This document shows positions 49,281 to 61,407 of a stretch of DNA of 64,000 nt, one piece after another. Below the pieces are notes generated by a model, which was not told where the DNA came from, made no database searches, and saw nothing but the letters and a program-made list of their open reading frames with translations. The stretch comes from Limisphaerales bacterium. GTDB lineage: Bacteria; Verrucomicrobiota; Verrucomicrobiia; Limisphaerales; UBA1412. Where the stretch lies: positions 168,166 to 232,165 of the forward strand of contig JBMNFQ010000001.1 in NCBI GenBank assembly GCA_050949405.1, in the 5' to 3' direction. Each line of letters begins with the position of its first letter. Position 1 is the first letter of the stretch. The position numbers were made by a program, and so were the translations under genes.

Positions 49281-50315
49281 ATGAAAAAACTTCTGAATAC
49301 TCTCTACATCACAAGCCCGGAAGCCTGGCTCCGCCGCGATGGCGAAACAGTAGAAATCCAGATACAGGGCAAAAAAGCAGGCAAACTCCCCGTTCACGGG
49401 TTGGAGAGCATTGTCTGCATGGGCTACAACGTCCTGATTACCCCCTCCCTGATGGAGCTCTGCGCCAGCCGCGGGGTCAGTATGGTTTATCTGAGCCAGA
49501 ACGGTCGCTTCCAGGCGCGCGTGGAGGGCCCGCTCAGCGGAAACGTGCTCCTGCGAAAAGAACAGTACCGTATCTCTGATGATGAACCCCGAGCGCTGCC
49601 GATCGCCAAAGCCTGCGTTGCTGCAAAAATACAGAATAGCCGCTCTAACCTGATGCGTCACTTGAGGAATCATCAGAATACTGACGGTAAAGAAAATATT
49701 GAGAAGGCGATAAACCGCCTGGCAATCCTCCTCAAAGAGGCTCAGGACAGTGCCACACTGGATGAGCTCAGAGGATACGAGGGTATCTGCGCAGATGAAT
49801 ATTTTTCGGTGTTCGACCACATGATAGTCGCACAGAAAAACGATTTCCGCTTTCTGAAGCGCTCACGCCGTCCGCCCCTGGACCGCGTCAATGCGCTCCT
49901 CTCATTCCTCTACGTTTTGCTGGCCCATGCCTGCCGCTCTGCCCTGGAATCTGTAGGTCTGGACCCTGCCGTCGGGTTCCTCCATAGAGACCGACCCGGC
50001 AGGCCCAGTCTTGCGCTGGATTTGCTGGAGGAATTCCGACATCCCATTGCAGACCGTCTGGTACTCTCATTGATTAACTTGCAAACAGTGCAGGCCAAAG
50101 ATTTCATTATCGGCCCCACCGGCGCCGTGGAAATGAGCGACGATACACGAAAGACGATCCTTCAGACCTGGCAGAAAAGAAAGCTCGACGAAGTCCAGCA
50201 TCCGTATCTGGAAGAGACGATCTCACTGGGGCTCTTCTTCCACGTGCAGGCGCAGCTCCTGGCCAGGACGATCCGGGGCGATATGAAATACTACCCCGCT
50301 TACATGAATCGATAA
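49281..50315 (+). CDS. cas1: Type I-C Cas1
   Basis: MKKLLNTLY, GNVLLR, LRGYEG, RRPPLD.VNALLSFLY, GFLH and LALDLLEEFR motifs. No RT domain. Confidence 0.97.
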   Translation: MKKLLNTLYITSPEAWLRRDGETVEIQIQGKKAGKLPVHGLESIVCMGYNVLITPSLMELCASRGVSMVYLSQNGRFQARVEGPLSGNVLLRKEQYRISDDEPRALPIAKACVAAKIQNSRSNLMRHLRNHQNTDGKENIEKAINRLAILLKEAQDSATLDELRGYEGICADEYFSVFDHMIVAQKNDFRFLKRSRRPPLDRVNALLSFLYVLLAHACRSALESVGLDPAVGFLHRDRPGRPSLALDLLEEFRHPIADRLVLSLINLQTVQAKDFIIGPTGAVEMSDDTRKTILQTWQKRKLDEVQHPYLEETISLGLFFHVQAQLLARTIRGDMKYYPAYMNR

Positions 50316-50316
50316 A

Positions 50317-50610
50317 ATGCTTGTCCTGGTTACTTATGACGTGAACACGGCTTGCCCGGAAGGGCAAAGAAGGCTCCGACAAATCGCGAAAGTCTGCGAA
50401 AACAAAGGCCAGCGCGTTCAGTATTCCGTCTTTGAATGCGACCTTGAGCCAGCACAGTGGGTCAAAATGAAGGAAAAACTTCTAACACTTTTTGATCCGC
50501 AGAAGGATAGCTTGCGGTTCTACTTTCTGGGAAGTAATTGGGAACGCAAAATAGAGCACCATGGAGCCAAAGAATCTTATCACCCGACCCGGGATACCTT
50601 GATGTTTTGA
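50317..50610 (+). CDS. cas2: Cas2
   Basis: MLVLVTYDV, RVQYSVFEC and DSLRFY motifs. Confidence 0.97.
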   Translation: MLVLVTYDVNTACPEGQRRLRQIAKVCENKGQRVQYSVFECDLEPAQWVKMKEKLLTLFDPQKDSLRFYFLGSNWERKIEHHGAKESYHPTRDTLMF

Positions 50611-50783
50611 AGTTGCGCTAAGCGGACGTTCTCATGAAAACCCCCTCAGTTTAGCAGTCACTCTCTTTGAAGACGTTAATGTATATCTCCAGCCTTGAAA
50701 TAAGGTGGATTTTGAAAATTCTAACGAGCTCAGCGGAAATGCCTTTAAATTTTACTGCAAATCAATTACTTTCAGCGCATAGA
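50611..50783 (+). promoter_or_regulatory. CRISPR leader
   Basis: AT-rich non-coding 173 bp between cas2 and the first repeat. A degenerate repeat at the far end of the array supports this orientation. Confidence 0.8.
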
Positions 50784-53700
50784 GTCGCACCCTTCACGGG
50801 TGCGTGGATTGAAACCCAATGCAGTATATCTTTCAACACTATCTAACAAGTCGCACCCTTCACGGGTGCGTGGATTGAAACACCGTCATACCCGTATCCG
50901 CGATAAAGTCGCACCCTTCACGGGTGCGTGGATTGAAACATTTGTTCCTGAAAAGTACCCCGTTTGTCGCACCCTTCACGGGTGCGTGGATTGAAACAAG
51001 CTATCGGGCTGACCACCTTTCGTGGTCCGATGAACGGGTCGCACCCTTCACGGGTGCGTGGATTGAAACACGGTAGATAATTTCGTCATTCTCCACCGGT
51101 CGCACCCTTCACGGGTGCGTGGATTGAAACATCTAATCACGTTAGTGAGCTTTAAGTTGTCGCACCCTTCACGGGTGCGTGGATTGAAACAGAGGATACT
51201 ACCAAGCGATGCTTTAAAGTGGTATATCGTCGCACCCTTCACGGGTGCGTGGATTGAAACAGGGTTCAGGCTGGCTTCAGGCATACATCAGCAGATCACT
51301 GAAGTCGCACCCTTCACGGGTGCGTGGATTGAAACATCACTCTTCGATGCGACCACTGCTTCAATGCGGTTTCCATGGTCGCACCCTTCACGGGTGCGTG
51401 GATTGAAACAACCGTAACTCGTACGCGTATACCAGCCAATCACGTCGCACCCTTCACGGGTGCGTGGATTGAAACACATCTCGCGAGCTCAACGTCGAAA
51501 TCGGTCGCACCCTTCACGGGTGCGTGGATTGAAACATGCCAGTTCGTTGCAGTGACTTCGTGCTGTTGACTCGCGGCGTCGACAGTCGCACCCTTCACGG
51601 GTGCGTGGATTGAAACAACCGTAACCGATTGTACTTAGGCGCGTGGGCGTAACGATTCACGTCGCACCCTTCACGGGTGCGTGGATTGAAACACAGTTAA
51701 CCTAAGGTTAATCAGTTGGTCGCACCCTTCACGGGTGCGTGGATTGAAACCCGTAATCGTACATGCATCGTCCCGCAGTCGCACCCTTCACGGGTGCGTG
51801 GATTGAAACATTGGACAGTTGGTTCTGCTTGAAACTAGCTGTCGCACCCTTCACGGGTGCGTGGATTGAAACATGTTCTGAGTTAGATGACCGGCTATGG
51901 TCGCACCCTTCACGGGTGCGTGGATTGAAACAACATCAATTATATCGCCTGAACCACCGCCTATAGGTCGCACCCTTCACGGGTGCGTGGATTGAAACAC
52001 CACCTTCGATACCTTTGGCATCTTTAATCGTATGTCGCACCCTTCACGGGTGCGTGGATTGAAACACCAGTATAATTCGTGCTTACACACCTAACCCTAA
52101 GTCGCACCCTTCACGGGTGCGTGGATTGAAACATTGCTGGACGCTATCATCGCCGGTGTTTCAAAGTCGCACCCTTCACGGGTGCGTGGATTGAAACAAA
52201 CATCGTTTTACTTGGCATCTTCTAATTCCTCTGTCGCACCCTTCACGGGTGCGTGGATTGAAACTTTACTTCTCCAAACGAATACGGGCGATATTTAAGT
52301 CGCACCCTTCACGGGTGCGTGGATTGAAACATAGCATTTGACCTTGGAGTCCGCCTTGATGGTCGTCGCACCCTTCACGGGTGCGTGGATTGAAACATTG
52401 TATATCCTTATTTTATTTGTTTTCCAGCTCAGTCGCACCCTTCACGGGTGCGTGGATTGAAACACCAGTATAATTCGTGCTTAACACACCTAACCCTAAG
52501 TCGCACCCTTCACGGGTGCGTGGATTGAAACATCTAACCCGTTTAATATCTTGTTTAACTTGTCCAGTCGCACCCTTCACGGGTGCGTGGATTGAAACAT
52601 TTGGCTTTACAAACTGATAGTCCAGCGGAAAACGTCGCACCCTTCACGGGTGCGTGGATTGAAACATGCAACTGAATATGCACTTGCAAGATGGCTAAAG
52701 GTCGCACCCTTCACGGGTGCGTGGATTGAAACGACTGCAAACAATTTTAGCGGGCTATCCCTGTTAGTCGCACCCTTCACGGGTGCGTGGATTGAAACAA
52801 CCTGTTCAATATCTTCATACTCTTCCATAGTAAGTCGCACCCTTCACGGGTGCGTGGATTGAAACATCAAATCCTATATACTCATTATACGCCAGTTCGT
52901 CGCACCCTTCACGGGTGCGTGGATTGAAACGTGATTGGGACGTTATCATATCAAACGAAGATGTGTCGCACCCTTCACGGGTGCGTGGATTGAAACTTAA
53001 GATTGCCTGCAAGCAGGACTGGCAGGATGGTGTCGCACCCTTCACGGGTGCGTGGATTGAAACATATTCAGTCGAGTTACCTTTATCCCTTGCCGCTGCG
53101 TCGCACCCTTCACGGGTGCGTGGATTGAAACACCGGATGACATTGATAACTATCGGTTAAACGTTGTCGCACCCTTCACGGGTGCGTGGATTGAAACACT
53201 GGTTTCAGCAACGCACCTGTTCCAACCGAAAAGTCGCACCCTTCACGGGTGCGTGGATTGAAACAGACTGTAAAACGGCGGTCAGATGCGTCAGCGGCGT
53301 CGCACCCTTCACGGGTGCGTGGATTGAAACTGGCTTTAAAAGACCTTTGATAATATCAAACTCGGTCGCACCCTTCACGGGTGCGTGGATTGAAACAAAG
53401 AAGTTTTTCTGTTTCGTCAGTCTGTTGCGATGTCGCACCCTTCACGGGTGCGTGGATTGAAACTTTTGTTGGCGTCTCGTCAAAGAGGTGCCCTCTCGGT
53501 CGCACCCTTCACGGGTGCGTGGATTGAAACGTTTTATTATCTCAAAGCCAAAGTCTTGCCCGCCGTCGCACCCTTCACGGGTGCGTGGATTGAAACTGCG
53601 CTGGCATTCCTGCAAAAATCGGATAAGCTTTGTCGCACCCTTCACGGGTGCGTGGATTGAAACATCAAATCCTATATACTCATTATACGCCAGTTCTCGT

Positions 53701-56700
53701 CGCACCCTTCACGGGTGCGTGGATTGAAACAAGCAGGTCTTCTCTCTTTATATAGATTCTTTTTGTCGCACCCTTCACGGGTGCGTGGATTGAAACTGGG
53801 GAGGTAGTTAAAAATGCTGAAACATTCGAGACGTCGCACCCTTCACGGGTGCGTGGATTGAAACTCAAACAAAGCGTACACGGCTGCCATACCCAGCCGG
53901 GTCGCACCCTTCACGGGTGCGTGGATTGAAACACGGGGATGACACGCCTAGTGCCCGTATCTTTGATGGTCGCACCCTTCACGGGTGCGTGGATTGAAAC
54001 GATTTTAGCGTAGATTTTTTTAAAGTCCTTTCGGACGTCGCACCCTTCACGGGTGCGTGGATTGAAACGCGGGAATCGCTTGAAAGGATACTTTGCTTTT
54101 CAGGTCGCACCCTTCACGGGTGCGTGGATTGAAACAATCACGAACTCCTGCCGTTGCCAGCTACCTAAAGTCGCACCCTTCACGGGTGCGTGGATTGAAA
54201 CAATAACAGGCCAGTCTCCTTCAGGGTTATACTCCAGTCGCACCCTTCACGGGTGCGTGGATTGAAACAGTATAAGCGGCTGGAGAAAGATGTAGATATT
54301 TCAGTCGCACCCTTCACGGGTGCGTGGATTGAAACATCAAACGTACAGCCTATCTTATACCCAGTAAATAAGTCGCACCCTTCACGGGTGCGTGGATTGA
54401 AACTCTGGGTAATAATACGTACTAATAACTGCTCGTAGTGTCGCACCCTTCACGGGTGCGTGGATTGAAACAGCATTATCTAGGCAGGAACCCGCCTACC
54501 TTTGAAGTCGCACCCTTCACGGGTGCGTGGATTGAAACTTATGCCTTCACCACATTGCAGCAGTCGGATGACGTCGCACCCTTCACGGGTGCGTGGATTG
54601 AAACTTGCGGGTTATCTTCTCTACATAGCTTCTAAGGTTGTCGCACCCTTCACGGGTGCGTGGATTGAAACTTTAAACAGCAAGTATGCCGAGAAACACG
54701 GGTATGGTCGCACCCTTCACGGGTGCGTGGATTGAAACATGCCCTATATTGGAAGAGTGCATACCAGAAAGGCGTCGCACCCTTCACGGGTGCGTGGATT
54801 GAAACCGGCCTACCCGAACATACTCAGGTACCATCCTGGGGGTCGCACCCTTCACGGGTGCGTGGATTGAAACATTTACTTCGTTAAAAGAAGTAGTTTT
54901 ACCAAAAGGTCGCACCCTTCACGGGTGCGTGGATTGAAACGTTGGAGAATCCTCTCGGGTAAGCGTCCGGTGCCCGGTCGCACCCTTCACGGGTGCGTGG
55001 ATTGAAACTTGTGGCAGCGCATGTTTGGCGCACAGCCCCGAGTCGCACCCTTCACGGGTGCGTGGATTGAAACATATAATCATTCCTACAGGTTATTTCT
55101 ACCTATCCGTCGCACCCTTCACGGGTGCGTGGATTGAAACCCTTTGCCAGTATAACCGGGTCTTTGGTCTCTGAGTCGCACCCTTCACGGGTGCGTGGAT
55201 TGAAACTGCTGACGGTCTGATACCTTCGCCAATCAATAACGGTCGCACCCTTCACGGGTGCGTGGATTGAAACTCATGCCCTTGGTGCGATACGCCGAAT
55301 TCAAAAAGTCGCACCCTTCACGGGTGCGTGGATTGAAACTTCCAAACAACGCTTGTACCTTGGCCTATCCTTCAGGTCGCACCCTTCACGGGTGCGTGGA
55401 TTGAAACATGGTATGTTTATTCTTTAACCATCATCCCAGCCAGTCGCACCCTTCACGGGTGCGTGGATTGAAACTGGAGATGGCGCGCGGCCAGAACGAG
55501 GTCAATATGTCGCACCCTTCACGGGTGCGTGGATTGAAACGATAAATAATACTTAAGCCGCCTTGGACGCCCGTACGTCGCACCCTTCACGGGTGCGTGG
55601 ATTGAAACGGAAGGAGATAGTTATTTTGATTTAGTGGATGAGTCGCACCCTTCACGGGTGCGTGGATTGAAACAACCATACGAAGTATACTCACCACCTT
55701 GCTTTGAGGTCGCACCCTTCACGGGTGCGTGGATTGAAACACGGGCACTTCCTGCACTTGCTTCAATGATATCCTGTCGCACCCTTCACGGGTGCGTGGA
55801 TTGAAACGGCCAGATAATCACGGAGGCGTCTAAAGTCAACCGTCGCACCCTTCACGGGTGCGTGGATTGAAACAGCGAGCCTGACCTCTGGAAAAAGTAA
55901 TCTGTACTGTCGCACCCTTCACGGGTGCGTGGATTGAAACCTTGATAAAAGTAAGTAAAAACTATGCCTATGATTGGTCGCACCCTTCACGGGTGCGTGG
56001 ATTGAAACAAGACGCAGAAAAGCACAAGGAAAACCTGATCAGTCGCACCCTTCACGGGTGCGTGGATTGAAACCTGTTGGCGACGGGGTGGTGGTGACTA
56101 AAGTTGACGTCGCACCCTTCACGGGTGCGTGGATTGAAACAAAGATCAAAAAATTACTGGAGTGCAGTTTTAGGGTCGCACCCTTCACGGGTGCGTGGAT
56201 TGAAACGTAAAAACGAATAATGTTGCTAACGGCAGCGTGGTCGCACCCTTCACGGGTGCGTGGATTGAAACATCTCAGCGATTTTGGTAGGCTCGGAGCC
56301 GGTATGGTCGCACCCTTCACGGGTGCGTGGATTGAAACTGCGTATCAGGAGGCTATCACGATGTGGCACCTATAGTCGCACCCTTCACGGGTGCGTGGAT
56401 TGAAACAGACTGGGCCCGTTGTAATAATTCCTTATTCCTAGGTCGCACCCTTCACGGGTGCGTGGATTGAAACATAATTGGTGATAAAATAATAAGATTA
56501 GGGTGTGAAGTCGCACCCTTCACGGGTGCGTGGATTGAAACTTTTTTGGTACTGCTTCCATCCGCGGGGCCGTGAGGTCGCACCCTTCACGGGTGCGTGG
56601 ATTGAAACAAGACGGCAAGGTGCTGATGCATTGCTTTGCCGGGTCGCACCCTTCACGGGTGCGTGGATTGAAACTCCAATCCTTATTGGTAAAATAGGAA

Positions 56701-59700
56701 GGACAGTCGTCGCACCCTTCACGGGTGCGTGGATTGAAACTTTATGATGCAGAGGGCAGGATGAAATCCTTAGCGGTCGCACCCTTCACGGGTGCGTGGA
56801 TTGAAACATCCAAATCTCGACATCTCGTATCGTGCCCAGCAGTCGCACCCTTCACGGGTGCGTGGATTGAAACGCGTCTCAGGTTGTGGATCGCAAAAAG
56901 GCATACTTGTCGCACCCTTCACGGGTGCGTGGATTGAAACGTTTATTGTATCCCGACGGGCAATAACCCGACTTAAGTCGCACCCTTCACGGGTGCGTGG
57001 ATTGAAACCTTTTGGGCTCTGATGCAGTCAGGTCTGTAATAGGGTCGCACCCTTCACGGGTGCGTGGATTGAAACGCCGTAGCTGTACCCGAACGATGCT
57101 GATACCTTTGGTCGCACCCTTCACGGGTGCGTGGATTGAAACGCCTAACTCCTGCCCGCATATATCACACCTATTCAGTCGCACCCTTCACGGGTGCGTG
57201 GATTGAAACGTTGCTGCTTAGATTGGACCCCAAAAAAGATAGGTCGCACCCTTCACGGGTGCGTGGATTGAAACAAAATTAAGCTTCTGATAATCGGTAT
57301 CCGTGCAGGTCGCACCCTTCACGGGTGCGTGGATTGAAACACGCTGTAACCGTTTTGATTTAGCCCGCCAACTGGTCGCACCCTTCACGGGTGCGTGGAT
57401 TGAAACATCAATTATGTTTTCATCTATAACTGTACCTTGGATGTCGCACCCTTCACGGGTGCGTGGATTGAAACAAATTGGACCCAAAAAAAGATAAGGC
57501 GATAGCTCGGTCGCACCCTTCACGGGTGCGTGGATTGAAACATCAAGACCAGCAGCACCAACGCGAGTTGTAGAAGTCGCACCCTTCACGGGTGCGTGGA
57601 TTGAAACTTCTGACTTCATTAAGGAGTTTCTCGGCAACGCTAGTCGCACCCTTCACGGGTGCGTGGATTGAAACGTCCAGATTGCGTATAATAAGAGAGG
57701 CAGGACGTGTCGCACCCTTCACGGGTGCGTGGATTGAAACAAAATCATTGTCTATCCGGCCAATTAACCGATGCGTCGCACCCTTCACGGGTGCGTGGAT
57801 TGAAACAGGTGTTTGGTCGGGTAGTCCGGGAATACTCAGAGTCGCACCCTTCACGGGTGCGTGGATTGAAACATGAGATACTGGAGACGTTATGTTTGGA
57901 CCGTAGGTCGCACCCTTCACGGGTGCGTGGATTGAAACATATTCCCTGATTTTGCCAGACATGCCCAGCAGAGTCGCACCCTTCACGGGTGCGTGGATTG
58001 AAACAACTTGGCTGTTCGGGAAGCTTACAGGTTGGCTCGGTCGCACCCTTCACGGGTGCGTGGATTGAAACCACAGTCCACATCAGATAAAGCAAATATA
58101 TCAAAGTCGCACCCTTCACGGGTGCGTGGATTGAAACAATCAAAAGATGGAGGGCGATGAAGTAAAAAACGGTCGCACCCTTCACGGGTGCGTGGATTGA
58201 AACCCATCTAAAGACACCTTTGCAGGAAGTAATGGAGGTCGCACCCTTCACGGGTGCGTGGATTGAAACTTTGGATGTCGTTAATAATTTCGCAATTGCA
58301 GGAAGTCGCACCCTTCACGGGTGCGTGGATTGAAACTTAATAAGGATGTAGAAGAGGGTGCTGCAGTCTTAGTCGCACCCTTCACGGGTGCGTGGATTGA
58401 AACCCATACCTGCCTAAACGCAAGCAGCAACCAAAGTCGCACCCTTCACGGGTGCGTGGATTGAAACAATCATATCTATCCCAGCCAGATATGCCGATAA
58501 CGTCGCACCCTTCACGGGTGCGTGGATTGAAACATCATCCGTCAGATTTTAGCTAATGTTGCACTCTGTCGCACCCTTCACGGGTGCGTGGATTGAAACC
58601 GATGATTTTGAAAGTCAACCACATGATTCGAGAAGTCGCACCCTTCACGGGTGCGTGGATTGAAACCTCTGTTTTTTAATCAGGTAAAAGGGTTGAAAGG
58701 TCGCACCCTTCACGGGTGCGTGGATTGAAACAGAAGATATTGTGGATAGCCCTGAAGAGACAGAAGGTCGCACCCTTCACGGGTGCGTGGATTGAAACAT
58801 TGTATACATAAACAAGCATTCTCTATTCATACCAGTCGCACCCTTCACGGGTGCGTGGATTGAAACTGGATAATATAAGGGTACTGTGTAACTTTTTAAA
58901 CAGTCGCACCCTTCACGGGTGCGTGGATTGAAACAAGCGACCGGTCAATGACAGCATCGTGGAAGGTAGTCGCACCCTTCACGGGTGCGTGGATTGAAAC
59001 CATCGTATAGCCCTGTAGAAGAAACGGTCTGGGGGTCGCACCCTTCACGGGTGCGTGGATTGAAACAGGCAGGTAATCATGCAGCTTACGTCGGCCAGCC
59101 GTCGCACCCTTCACGGGTGCGTGGATTGAAACACCTAATATACCACCTAAACTCATTAAAAACAAGGTCGCACCCTTCACGGGTGCGTGGATTGAAACCG
59201 GTTAAAGAATAAATGCCCTTGTTTAACCCCGCAGTCGCACCCTTCACGGGTGCGTGGATTGAAACAGTCCAGCCGGGTTTAGAAGAAAGTTTTTGTATGG
59301 TCGCACCCTTCACGGGTGCGTGGATTGAAACAAGCATGATGGCGAGGCTTGCAGGGCCAAGGAACGTCGCACCCTTCACGGGTGCGTGGATTGAAACGAT
59401 AAATGGCAACTTTATTTCTTTGAGATGGTGGGTCGCACCCTTCACGGGTGCGTGGATTGAAACTAATAATCGATTTGGTTATTCCGTTCTCGGTAACGTC
59501 GCACCCTTCACGGGTGCGTGGATTGAAACGCCAGCTCAGCCGACGCCACCCAGCAGACGGCAAGTCGCACCCTTCACGGGTGCGTGGATTGAAACAGGGA
59601 TGTAAAGAATTTCGCCAATCGGGACCTTGGGGTCGCACCCTTCACGGGTGCGTGGATTGAAACTTATGTAACCTAACATTTTCTTTACCGCCTATGGCGT

Positions 59701-61262
59701 CGCACCCTTCACGGGTGCGTGGATTGAAACCAACAGGCTGGCACATTCCCGCAGGCTGTCACCTTCGTCGCACCCTTCACGGGTGCGTGGATTGAAACAA
59801 AGATTGGCGCAGTTATTTGATTGCTCATCATCGTCGCACCCTTCACGGGTGCGTGGATTGAAACCCAGCTCAGCCGACGCCACCCAGCAGACGGCAGTAG
59901 TCGCACCCTTCACGGGTGCGTGGATTGAAACAGACCTCCTCCGTAATCTGGCTCTCCTCCGTAATTGTCGCACCCTTCACGGGTGCGTGGATTGAAACTC
60001 GGCCAGAACCACCAACCCGAGTTGCAGAATCAGTCGCACCCTTCACGGGTGCGTGGATTGAAACATTTTATATGGCCATTTGGGGCTTTGGAATGGGAGT
60101 CGCACCCTTCACGGGTGCGTGGATTGAAACACAGATCATGTAATCTTTCAACCCTTTAACCGCATGTCGCACCCTTCACGGGTGCGTGGATTGAAACCCA
60201 AAAGACAGCGTTTGAACTTGCCTGGGATGAGGTCGCACCCTTCACGGGTGCGTGGATTGAAACTGAAAAGTGAATTCTCCATTTTCATATTTTGAAAGTC
60301 GCACCCTTCACGGGTGCGTGGATTGAAACTTGCAAGATAAGCTTCTTAAAAATTATATCGAAGTCGCACCCTTCACGGGTGCGTGGATTGAAGCCGGAAG
60401 GGTTCAAAGTTTCGGATGACGACGGCGAGTCGCACCCTTCACGGGTGCGTGGATTGAAACATTAAAAGCTGCGCCTGTACATCCCAACGACGGAAGTCGC
60501 ACCCTTCACGGGTGCGTGGATTGAAACATTAAAAGCTGCGCCTGTACATCCCAACGACGGAAGTCGCACCCTTCACGGGTGCGTGGATTGAAACTTGAAA
60601 TTTCCAGTGGCGCGGAAAGGTGGACGTTGTCGCACCCTTCACGGGTGCGTGGATTGAAACAGTTGGAAAAGATGATGGTACTCCCATCACGGTTGTCGCA
60701 CCCTTCACGGGTGCGTGGATTGAAACACTCCACCGTTTGGCAAGCGGCTTTCGATCAAAGGTCGCACCCTTCACGGGTGCGTGGATTGAAACAGAGAGCT
60801 TTTGAGTGATACGACCTTGAGAATAAGTCGCACCCTTCACGGGTGCGTGGATTGAAACGCCTTCGCTGTTCTTGACTGTGTAAACCAGAGTAGTCGCACC
60901 CTTCACGGGTGCGTGGATTGAAACGGTGAAGTTGCGTAAAATGTTGATTATGAAGGACTGTCGCACCCTTCACGGGTGCGTGGATTGAAACGATACTTAC
61001 AACTTTAAACGTAAATCGTAAATATTTGGTCGCACCCTTCACGGGTGCGTGGATTGAAACCGAAGAAATTCATAATAACGCAAAATTGGCCCATTGTCGC
61101 ACCCTTCACGGGTGCGTGGATTGAAACTCGGAGCTGAATCGGAGACCGAATCGGAGACCGAGTCGCACCCTTCACGGGTGCGTGGATTGAAACCGCCTCG
61201 AGCTGGTCGGGGGTCTCTTCGTATTCAAAAGTCGCACCCTTCACGGGTGCGTGGATTGAAAC
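50784..61262 (+). CRISPR. Type I-C CRISPR array, about 158 repeats of GTCGCACCCTTCACGGGTGCGTGGATTGAAAC
   Basis: 32-bp repeat with a CGCACCC/GGGTGCG hairpin; about 158 copies by manual count. One variant ends GAAGC at 60363. Degenerate terminal repeat GCCGCGTCCTTATGG at 61299. Confidence 0.99.
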
Positions 61263-61407
61263 TACGTCGAGAATTATCTCCTCGTTGACAATGTAAAAGC
61301 CGCGTCCTTATGGAGAGATATGTTTTTGGGGCGATCCTCTTTTTTCTCTTCTTCAGGAGGGGTGTTTTTATAGAATTAACGGTAAAAGGACTTGTAAAAA
61401 ACTCCGT

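Noticed and set aside
42020-50783. Reverse transcriptase, CreTA-like mini-array or accessory effector within the cas locus
   Set aside because: The cas genes are tightly packed, Cas1 has no RT fusion, and I saw no repeat-like sequence in the intergenic gaps. Any RT would have to be encoded outside this window.
61128-61161. Spacer with internal 12-bp repeat (GAATCGGAGACC)
   Set aside because: Most simply a fragment of a repetitive phage coding region; normal length, no further signal.
50816-61298. Self-targeting spacers matching genes in this window
   Set aside because: None were noticed by eye, but this was not exhaustive and needs a computed search.
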